From assembly GCA_000934665.2 (NCBI GenBank), contig KZ538081.1, positions 112,116 through 132,115 on the forward strand: DNA of 20,000 nt. Reading direction: 5' to 3'. The position numbers and the translations under genes are program-made. How positions within the stretch are numbered: the stretch's first letter is position 1; each line of letters begins with the position of its first letter. Source of the DNA: Catajapyx aquilonaris (Eukaryota). Positions 10,805 to 20,000 of the stretch are shown in pieces. The notes beneath the pieces are model-generated. The model saw nothing but the letters and a program-made list of their open reading frames with translations. It was not told where the DNA came from and searched no databases.

Positions 10805-12600
10805 TCCTAGACATTTCTGACCCTTCATTATTATCAGGCATTTGCTGTACTTTGCAAAAATAATAAAAGAAAAAAAAGGCATGTATAGCCCTCCTTCCTT
10901 CCTTCCTTCTCTTCCCCCACCCCACTCCCCTCCTCCAGAAGTCCCAGTAACCTTCTTTATGGGAAGTGAACAAAGTCAAGGTGGAAGTAGTGCTCGACTT
11001 TCTCATAACATCCACTTTCTGCTAGTAGGAGGAACAACAGGATGGAAAGTGATCCGACTCTTTTGCACGCAAAAGGGAACTTCACTCGACTCCACTTGAT
11101 GAAGATAATAATAATTGGCTAGCTTGGCACTTCGGTTTCAATTTTTGAAACAGGGGCACTGAAAGTGAACTTTGAAGTGACTTTTTTTTTAAGGAGAAAA
11201 GGAACTTGAGGAGGATCCCACCAAGGGCACACTGCATACATACTCATACAAAGAAAGGAAGAAAGAAAGGGAAAGAAGTCGGTCAACGAGTCGAATCAGC
11301 AAGGTAGAATTTCGCCATTTGCATATTCTGATGGTGGCCTATTGCTATTTTTAAATTCATAAATGCACGGACCATGCAACTGAAAACTTTCCAGAGTTTT
11401 AAATTCACTGATACAAAATTACTGATGGTGAATCAACAAATCTTAAGAGGCACGGTAAGAAAATCACTTAATTAATTCATGCATTTGGAAATCTTATCTG
11501 CCTGAAATATACAAAATCAGGTAATTAATTAAATGGTATTATTAAACACAATGAAATGTATGTTATTAAATCATAAAATGCATGATTATATAATTAAATG
11601 TAGGATTAAATAGTATAAATATGTAACCCACACTTTGCAAAATCAGCCCATCCCTTCTTCTAAAACGTCTCAATTTAGCGAATTTAAATTTTCATATAAT
11701 CCAATTAGCAAGACTGGTAATTGCAATCTGCACTGTGCTGGAATTACACTTTTTAAATTTATGATTCACTTATGTCTCAAGGTGAATTAAAAGCCAAGTT
11801 ATAAGCTGTCCAAATCTGTCTCTTGTCAGCTTCATTTAAATCCCCCTTTAAATACACCTCATGCCAGTCAAGGTCATTGAAAGATTTTTAAACGTATCAG
11901 TACCACTTGCGAATTAACATACTCAACCTGACTCAACTATTAAATAGAAATTTGATTCATACAAAAATTAAATTACCATAATAAGAGTGCATCTTAAAAG
12001 TACATCCTTACTGACCTACATGTAGCACAATTATTTACAATGAATTAAATAACTGAAAATATAGTACAGTTTAATGAAAAAAATAATTCAATCAACGGCG
12101 TTCACTCAGTAAATGTTAGATTATCACTATGTAAATATACGTCTGTAAAGTCTTCAAGAAAATAACTGTCCCCTTAGGATCACGGCCAATGCAACTAGTG
12201 TGTCGCTATAGGTCACACAAAAAATTACATAAGCGTTTTACGTCAAAAGGCACCTAGCAAAAAAAACCGGCTTGCACGTCAATTTCTCTGAGACCGTTGA
12301 CATTCATGGTTTACACCTGTTTAAATGCAGAATTAATGGCAACAACTTCCCCCCCTTATATCCACCACAAATGTCAGCAGCCTATCCACATTAATTAGGC
12401 TTAGGACATATTCCCCGACCCCCCCAAGCATAAAATATTAACCCACACGTGCAGAAAACACATTCGGTTTTCATATGTGCAACAAAGACAGGCTCATGTA
12501 GGGTAATTAATGCTCCAGGCATGTAAATAGCCAGCTGCATAAAAATGCAAGTACAAAAAAAAAGGGGGAACGGATCAAAAAAAACTTGACCTGTTCGCAC

Positions 12601-12755
12601 CTTGCCTGGATGTGGCAACTCCGGATGATTGAGTCTAGTCTGGCAATAAGGGCGCCTCGGGCCTTTGTCTCAGCATACCGTGGGAATTCCATTGAAAGAC
12701 TATGTCGATTCCACGAATAACTAGGCAGTTCACTCGTACGCTGCCTTCCTGATGT
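12601..12755 (-). ncRNA. Putative internal exon (155 nt)
   Basis: Acceptor ttcatctcatcgttccttcAG|ACATC, donor CAAG|GTGCGA; GC higher than flanks. One frame is open but the peptide is not recognised. Confidence 0.4.
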
Positions 12756-13459
12756 CTGAAGGAACGATGAGATGAAAGCAGGTCGTTCAAGCCAAAGAAC
12801 TGGTTCTTTATCAATTTTTATAAACGACGCGTTTCCTACCTTTTTCATAAAATCAGCCTGGCTGAACAGTGCATATCAAGGAAGCGCAGCAGTTTGGATA
12901 GAAAAATGTCAGCATAAAAACCAGTCAGCAACGCACCCTGCAGTAAAAGGTCCAGCTTGACGTCAGTTACGTCATTAAGATGTGTCTTTTATACATGAGC
13001 AGTGAACAAAATTGCTGACATGAACTCAAAACGTTGGGACACCGCAATGTTGCAACATGAACATGATAACCCTCATTATTACTCGGAGTGCCAATACGTT
13101 ACAAAATTTTAGCATAACATAATAAAACTGTTACTCATTTCAGCCAGATCCACCCTGGATACATCCCATCAAGGTAGTGCCACTAATTTTGGAAATGCAT
13201 ACTTCACCAGTAATCAATCAATTTCAATGAGCTTCCTTTTAGAGCAATCTTGTTAAAAAAAAAAGAAAAAAAGAGGTAATTAGCTGCACAAACTTTTCTC
13301 ATCAGCAGGTCCTCATTTTAATCAAGCATAACAAGTCGACTGCAGGACAAGGTGACCTTAAATCCCGCATGTTCATTTTCCGTGTGATTGACAGATCCAT
13401 CGACCTAAATATGCCGTACTCTATGCTTCATAGGAGTAAAAATGTAACTGCCACTCTAC

Positions 13460-13869
13460 CTTCACAAGGCCAAAAGGGATCTGTAACCGGAATGGCAGCC
13501 ACTCTGATGCCAGTTGCGGAAGATCACTCGGGTAGACACTCAGGTCACTAAGTTCACTCCGATCGTCATGTCAAACACAATCCGGCTGGCACAAATGCGG
13601 AAACTCCTGCCAATTTCAATTGCACAACGCTCAGCGTGGCAGGCAATCACCTGGTCCTTCTCCAGCACTTCATTTTAGGGAGGAAAACAGAGTCCCACGT
13701 TGATAGCCAACTAGGCATGTGCCACCAAAAATCCTTCGGGCACTAAAATAACTCGGGGCAAGTTCCTGAACATCATCTTCGGCAACACCAGCCACGTGGT
13801 CCATCTGGCAGCTAACTGCTCCGGTTTCGCTGCAATGGCTGCAGTCTCAGGAGCAGCTTCCAATGAGAC
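13460..13869 (-). ncRNA. Putative non-coding exon
   Basis: Branch-like CTTAAC plus tttttcttctttgcgggcAG|GTCTC acceptor; donor GAAG|GTAGAG at 13460 (alternative CCAG|GTGATT at 13651); GC-rich island; stops in all three frames. Confidence 0.45.
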
Positions 13870-16128
13870 CTGCCCGCAAAGAAGAAAAAGTGTTAAGCAT
13901 GAGGAAAACTTGAAATTCAAGAAACAAGAATTTCCACCCCTGAGATGGTAATATGCGCTTAAAGCCGCGGTTACTGCTCACTCCTTAAGCATCCATTATT
14001 TTCGAATAAAGTATCTAGTACCCTGCAATGCCACTTTCTAATTGCGTTAAGGAGCATGGGGTTAAACTCATGGAAAATAACTGTTGACACAAAATTACAA
14101 GCCTTAACGTGCACATCGTTTGAGGTAATCTTGACACAAAATAAAGCCATAAGTTCAACAGTAAAGTCATACTCGCACCGATGTTTTCAATTGCTGTATA
14201 CGTAAAAGTATAGAGCATGAAATATGTGGCTATACGATATTAATAACTAAAAAGCACCAAAATCGAACTTGCCTCACATGTACGTCCAAGATATTACACA
14301 ACATGGCTCAATTACTTCAATTACCTGTTGAAAACCAACAGCTCAGAGTCACCTACAAAAACTATTGATAGACTAATTGCTTAAGTGCCACAAGTACCAA
14401 GACGTTTCATTAACAGCCAATGACATATTAGTAATTAATTTATTCTCCTTTATATAATGGTGTCAAGCACGGGCTTACATAAGAGCGTCACATGTCGGGA
14501 CTAACCTATCTTTTAAGTGGAATGCCCCTCGAATCAATACGTCTCTGCCAGTGCAAAACAACCTGAGGGGGAAAAGGCAAAAGACTGCAAATTACCTAAA
14601 TGTCACCTACACCTGAGCAAAAGGTGGCGGATCTGATTAATTGCTTTTCATAATGTCAGAGGTTTCAAAAAAATTTGTAATTTAGAGCTCAGCGCCTTTT
14701 TGAATTGTTGGTCGGGTGACAAGCAATAAATATGTTAAGAAGACATTTCAGGTCCACGGATAAGAAATGAATCACACATGCTCCGGACAAGGCTCACAAC
14801 AATTTATTTTATCTGCGGTGACAAGTTGACAGGTGCCTGTCCGAATCAAGTAAACCGCCAAGGAACTCGAGCTGTTGAAAGGCATGCTAATTAGAACACT
14901 GAAATTTGTCAACTAAATTTAAACAATTCCAACGGCATGACATTATTTAAAACTGGTTGTCGACTATGCTGCACAGTGGTGCTGGTCTCGACGTATGACC
15001 TCCAATGCAATGATTAATGCAATAATTGTCGTATTATTCTCCACGCAAATGCACAGATTGTACGATTATATTGCAGAACCATACTACACTAATTATTACT
15101 GCCTGCAGATGCACAATTATTTTGTTACTGCAACCACGTCAATGAAGATGAAAAATAAGAGCGGCTGAGTTTAGCAACGTACTCAATATGTATTCACATT
15201 TTTCATGCATTCTGAAAACAGTTTGCCAGCAATGAATCTTTTAACTTTTCAGCCGCAGGATGCACCGCAGGTAAAACCAATTATCGTATGCACTGTACAT
15301 CAAATTATTTTACCACCAGCCGAACATCACATTGCTACAAAAATGGTGCAGCGGCCCACTTGCAATTCCCAAACCCCATCTGAAGTTTGATTGCAGATTA
15401 ATTACATACCCAGGACACACTTACGAGAGCTTCAACACCCGACTAGATTCAAGAAAATCAAAGCGAGGTTAATTAGACAGTTGTGCATTACATTTAAGAG
15501 CCTCTTAGCAAAATCCATATTGGAGACAAAACTTTTTTTTTTGTAATTCACACATTTTTGCCTCAGCCAAACACAGTATGTCGCTACAAAATACTGTATA
15601 AAAATAATCAAATGCAGCTCAAGGATACTCATGCATTCAATTCTAATGTTACGGTCTGATGCATTCTAATTCTGTCTCAGATACACATTCAGGGTCAACA
15701 TATCCCTGACAATTTTTTTTTAAGCACTTCACGTTTCCGTGAAACGATATCACTCATAAAACCCAAAAGTAAGCGCTACATTAAAAAATTTCTAACCATA
15801 CTGTGATGTTCAAACATCCCGGGCACCCGGAGCACACCAAACACCTGATGAATGCACAGCTCCATGTGCTTCGCATTCCTAGCCAGTTTTTCAGTCTACT
15901 CTCACTTCCTTCGGCTTCTCCCCCACGCCACACATACACCCACCTCCAGACCCATTCCCTTTGGCCTGCATGCTGACCTAAATTTCAGCAGCTAAAAAAA
16001 CAACTCACATCAGAGTCGAGGTGCACGTTGCACAAAAAGGAGCAAAATCATTGAAATTTGAAAAAAACACTGCAATGCAATTATGTCTCATATGCATATT
16101 TTTAAATGAATATTTACTTTATATTATT

Positions 16129-16274
16129 TCAGATACAGTCTTGTGCATCTGGAAAATGCAAGGTTCCTCCTGGCGACGTGTAGTAAAGCGAGCGATCAGT
16201 GTGGAGTAGCGTACAATCCATAACAGGCAACGTCCAGAGAGAACCTTGCATTTTCCATCAGCACATATATCTGA
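16129..16274. mobile_element. Degenerate fold-back element
   Basis: Perfect 17-bp inverted repeat TGGAAAATGCAAGGTTC (16150-16166) / GAACCTTGCATTTTCCA (16241-16257), extending imperfectly inward and outward (TCAGATA..TGTGC / GCACA..TATCTGA). Confidence 0.6.
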
Positions 16275-16426
16275 TTATGCCACACATGAGCATGTATGCT
16301 GCTATTTTTATACATTATAATCAGATAATCTCAAACTAAGACCCCCCATTTGTATGTCTAGACATAATGTGGCAATGACTCGAGATTACATTGACAAACT
16401 GTATTAACAATGAATGAAATTTTGGT

Positions 16427-16533
16427 GTCCAACAAGAACTGTCGCAGCGGCAGCGCACGAACTACAGTCTCTCGTGTCCCTGTGCTCGTAGATTGTAGTT
16501 CGTGCGCTGCCGCTGCGACAATTCTTGTTGGAC
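16427..16533. repeat. Near-perfect inverted repeat (44-bp arms, 19-nt loop)
   Basis: GTCCAACAAGAACTGTCGCAGCGGCAGCGCACGAACTACAGTCT versus the reverse complement of 16490-16533: 2 mismatches. Confidence 0.95.
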
Positions 16534-16804
16534 TGATAGTACCTACAAGTGCGTATTGCATATTTATAAAATTGGCAAAATTTCTGCAGCATGCCACAGC
16601 TGCTAATGAGCAGCGTTAAATAATCGCACATGTCCTGCATCCAACTTATCAGTCGGATATGAACACTGGTCCATCGCTGATCTCCCAGCCTCGCAACTGA
16701 TTTTTTTGTTATCAGTGTACAGGAATCCCAATCATCAGACACAACCTGGTACAAACATGCCTGGATTGCATTTATGTGCTCGGTGCTCCACGTACACTTT
16801 AATA

Positions 16805-18317
16805 GAACCCAGTCCAGACCCAGTCTTGTTAACATGTGGTGTGTAAATGGCCCTACTTACAAGTGGACCGGGTCCAGACCTGGCACTGTGCTGCTGTAAA
16901 CAGGCCCACAGGTTCGCTTACTTAAGTGGGGCAGGTCTGGACCCGGTCCTGTTAACATGGCACAGTGTATATACAGTGTTGGACATAAATCGAGGCACAC
17001 TGCTAGCGACATTTTTCGAATCGGCAGAAGAAGGAATCGAAGATAAGGATACTGAAAAGCCAGGCGAGCAAGGCCGCTTCGGAAAATGTCGGTGGCAGTA
17101 TGCATCAATTTATGTCCAACACTGTACTTACAAGTGGGCCAGGTCCAGACCCAGTCTTGTTAACTATGCTGTGTAAACAAGCCTACACCACACATCACCC
17201 ACAAGTGGACTGGGTCCAGACCCAGTCCAGTTCACATGGTGACATGTAAATGAGCCTGCTTACAACTGGACCAGGTCTAGACCAGATCTTGTTAACAAGG
17301 CAGTGTGTGAAAAAGCCCACTTGACGTTCACCCACAAGTGGACCGGGTCCAGACCTGGTCCGGATGTCATGTGAATGGGCCTACACTTACAAGTAGACTG
17401 GGTCTGGACCAAGTCTTGTTAACAAGGCACTGTGTGAAGCCCACTTCAGGTGCACATACAAGTGGACCGGTTCTAGACCAAGTCCAGTTCACTCCATGCC
17501 ATGTGAATGGGCCTGCTTACAAGTGGACCGGTTCTAGACCAAGTCCAGTTCACTTCATGCCATGTGGATGTGCCTGTTTACACTTGATGCCACATAAACA
17601 TGCCCACAGGTTCACCTACAAGTGGACCGGGTCTGGATCTGGTCATTTAACATGGAGCCATGTGAATGAGCCTACACTTACAAGTGGACTGGGTATTGTT
17701 AACACAACACTCTGTGAATGAGCCCACCTTGAGGTCCACCTACAAGTGGACCGGGTCCAGACCCAGTCATGTTAACTCTGAGGCACTGTGTGAATGGACC
17801 TGCTTACAAGTGGACCCGGTCCAGACCAAGTCATGTTAACTCTGAGGCACTGTGTGAATGGACCTGCTTACAAGTGGACCGGGTCCAGACCCAGCCATGT
17901 TAACACTGAGGCACTGTGTGAATGGGCCTGCTTACAAGTGGACCGGGTCCAGACCCAGTCATGTTAACCCTGAGGCACTGTGTGAATTGGCCTGCTTACA
18001 AGTGGACCTGGTCCAGACCCAGTCATGTTAACCCTGAGGCACTGTGTGAATTGGCCTGCTTACAAGTGGACCTGGTCCAGACCCAGTCATGTTAACACTG
18101 AGGCACTGTGTGAATGGGCCTGCTTACAAGTGAACCGGTTCCAGTCCCAGTCACGATAACACTGAGGCACTGTGTGAATGGGCCTGCTTACAAGTGGACC
18201 TGGTTCACTTGAATGCCATGTATAAACGAGACCCATCAATCACAGGTAAAGAGGACGGCAAAGAGGACCGGTTCCAGACCCGGTTCCAGGTTCACTTGGC
18301 GCCGTGTGAACATGCCC
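16805..18317. repeat. Palindrome-core satellite, probably MITE-derived; homogeneous 64-bp array at 17741-18210
   Basis: About 20 units with CAAGTGGACCGGGTCnnGACCCRGTC and GTGTGAATGGGCC; exact 64-bp period at 17741, 17805, 17869, 17933, 17997, 18061, 18125 and 18189. Confidence 0.95.
16974..17124. mobile_element. 151-bp Tc1/mariner-type MITE inserted in the satellite
   Basis: TA|CAGTGTTGGACATAAAT ... ATTTATGTCCAACACTG|TA; 17 bp perfect, 52-bp TIR with 7 mismatches; TA duplication. Confidence 0.9.
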
Positions 18318-18338
18318 ACTTGTCAGTATAGTACATAC

Positions 18339-18587
18339 CTGTGTTGTTTGTTTTTCGAACACTATTCGTTGGTGACGGGTTTTTACCTTGTTGGGACCGG
18401 TGTGTCTGTTCCTCCTCGGTGTGCGGTGTGTTGCCGGTCGTCCGCCCTCATTTTCCCTGAGCCCGGCCTGCTGCAGGCCCCTCCTTCCCCCGCCACACCA
18501 ACACCATTCCCTTATTCCAAAAGGAGGGGGGGTAGTACCCACTAGTAGTATACTAGTAGACATATAGGGGAAAAGGGAGACGGGGGG

Positions 18588-18638
<51 letters not shown>

Positions 18639-18790
18639 CCTCCCCTCCCCCCTACTCTCTCTACACACTAGATAACACACAAAAATATTTTTGTTGTTGT
18701 TGTTGGTTGGCCCACTTTTGGCAACACACGCCGCACATACACGCACACGCACTGCCCGTCCTATCCCCCCCACCCCCTTAACAACAACAC
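18339..18790 (-). ncRNA. Putative first exon / 5' region of the minus-strand transcript (5' limit unknown)
   Basis: Strong donor CACAG|GTATGT at 18339 and alternative CAAG|GTAAAA at 18387; GC/CpG-rich sequence upstream. Confidence 0.35.
18594..18637. repeat. (GA)n microsatellite
   Basis: About 22 perfect GA units. Confidence 0.98.
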
Positions 18791-19137
18791 ACACACGGTT
18801 CACTGGTAGTATCGCAAGATCCTTGACTCTGACCTTGAAAACATGGCCGACTCTTTTTACATGTTTTTGCCCTCCCCTCTTTCAATCCACTACTCGCTAC
18901 GACTCCTTTTTTTATTTTTATTATTTTCACACTTATTCACAACCCTGGTACACACACATCCGGCCTTATTTCCAGCCCATGACACAAAATCCACCATATT
19001 TCCAACCCTTTGCAGGCAGTTGATCGTATTTCCAACCCTGCCTTATTATTTCCAACAGTTAGTTTGAGTAGTGGCCGAGAGATGGCAGGAGCGACCGGGG
19101 CTGTTTCCTGATGAACGGTAGATCAGAAGGTTGCGTC

Positions 19138-19145
19138 TATCGATA
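19138..19145. promoter_or_regulatory. DRE-like palindrome TATCGATA
   Basis: Exact match to the Drosophila DREF element within a 12-bp palindrome TCTATCGATAGA; ETS-like ACTTCCGG and CAGGAAGTG within 140 bp. Confidence 0.3.
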
Positions 19146-19308
19146 GAAGGCGTACTATTGGCTTAATACAAAGTGGTGCGAAATATTCGGACCACGATTC
19201 GGACGTTCATCAAGGATTTCTGGCCAACTTTTGGCGACACTTCCGGACAGTAATTTGCAGTAACCCGCCAGGAAGTGTGGTAGTTCATTCCTTCCTTATT
19301 CCTTCGTT

Positions 19309-19442
19309 GCGGATACAGACCTATCTTCAGCGGATACAGACCTATCTTCAGCGGATACAGACCTACCTTCAGCGGATACAAACCCATCTTCAGCGGATAC
19401 AGCCCTTACCTTCAGCGGATGCACGCTACCTTCAGCGTACAG
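19309..19442. repeat. 21-bp minisatellite, 6 copies plus a partial copy
   Basis: GCGGATACAGACCTATCTTCA units at 19309, 19330, 19351, 19372, 19393, 19415 and 19435. Confidence 0.95.
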
Positions 19443-19468
19443 TACACCGTACGAAATAAATAAATACA

Positions 19469-19474
19469 TTTATT
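19469..19474 (-). terminator. PolyA signal AATAAA of the LRRC51-like gene
   Basis: AATAAA about 110 nt after the stop codon, followed by T-rich sequence on the minus strand. Confidence 0.6.
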
Positions 19475-19585
19475 GCGCATAAAAACCTATACATTAAAAT
19501 AATCACCCCCCCCCCCCCCCCCNTCTTAAATTACCCCCCGCCCCATTGTCGTGTGGTCCGTTTGTCGCCCCGATGACTGATTCAT

Positions 19586-19903
19586 CTAGTTGAATTTTTC
19601 TGCAGCTGCTGCAGCTGCGGCGGCTGCAGCTTCAGCAGCCATCTTCTTGGCGTATTCAGCCTCCTTCCTGGCTGCTGCCTCCTCGATCTTCTTCTTCCTG
19701 GCCGCTGCGTGGTAGTGCTTCCAGAGTCCCTTTCCGGCGAGGCTGGCCTCCACCTTGTCCGTACGGGTCACGAGGCTGCAGTCCAGGCGGCACACGTTGG
19801 GCAGCAGATACACGACCACCGTCCTGTAACCGTGCTCATCCACAATGGGATTTCCGTGCATGGTCACGGCCCTGAGCTTCGGAAGTAGCTTCAGCTGTGC
19901 CAC
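19586..19903 (-). CDS. LRRC51: Last coding exon of a leucine-rich repeat protein, LRRC51-like (final LRR, LRRcap, Ala/Lys/Glu-rich tail); upstream exons lie outside the window
   Basis: VAQLKLLPKLRAVTMHGNPIVDEHGYRTVVVYLLPNVCRLDCSLVTRTDK fits LxxLxxLxxLxLxGNP plus the LRRcap YRxxV...L...LD motif, and resembles the LRRC51 C-terminus as I recall it (LRSLTLHGNP..GYRQYV..DFSGVTKADR). Phase-0 acceptor ctaacatAG|GTG, so the first codon is Val and not a start. TAG at 19588-19586; strong GC3 codon bias. Confidence 0.85.
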   Translation of the reverse strand: MAQLKLLPKLRAVTMHGNPIVDEHGYRTVVVYLLPNVCRLDCSLVTRTDKVEASLAGKGLWKHYHAAARKKKIEEAAARKEAEYAKKMAAEAAAAAAAAAAEKFN

Positions 19904-20000
19904 CTATGTTAGATTAGATTGGACGGTATAAGGCGATTCTATTCTCAATTGTTGGGTGTCTGGTTGCGCCTACTATAGAGAGCCTCAAAGCATTCCAGCA

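Noticed and set aside
16645..16740. C/D snoRNA on the minus strand (TGATGA ... CTGA)
   Set aside because: Non-purine before the C box, no terminal stem and no recognisable rRNA guide.
16805..18317. CRISPR-like array (palindromic repeats at regular spacing)
   Set aside because: Inter-repeat segments are homologous to one another rather than unique spacers; no cas genes; eukaryotic context.
18213..19067. 110-187 aa ORFs around the (GA)n tract
   Set aside because: Low-complexity translations of microsatellite and GC-skewed DNA.
19163..19459. Repetitive ORFs (LQRIQTY / IGLYPLK repeats)
   Set aside because: By-products of a 21-bp unit; later units are 22 and 20 bp and break the frame.

Overview
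Eukaryotic, repeat-rich genomic DNA from a draft assembly (244-N gap), most likely an invertebrate animal. Nothing here looks prokaryotic: no operons, CRISPR, rRNA or tRNA. The only protein-coding sequence I can support is the last exon of an LRRC51-like leucine-rich-repeat gene on the minus strand (19586-19903), with a splice acceptor, stop codon and polyA signal. Downstream of it, minus-strand splice signals (donor 18339, exons 13869-13460 and 12755-12601, terminal exon from 6977 with AATAAA at 6810-6805) suggest a spliced transcript of about 12 kb with no recognisable ORF; this is inference only. The rest is non-autonomous transposon relics (three TA-flanked Tc1/mariner/pogo-type MITEs, short Helitron-like elements, several fold-back elements) plus micro- and minisatellites. 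The most interesting structures are: (i) a 1.5-kb satellite built from a palindromic MITE-like monomer whose variants record CpG deamination, (ii) a near-perfect 44-bp-arm hairpin at 16427-16533 inside a cluster of fold-backs, and (iii) a 69-bp A/B higher-order tandem repeat. I found no convincing evidence for a novel protein-based system. Most ORFs in the supplied track look spurious.
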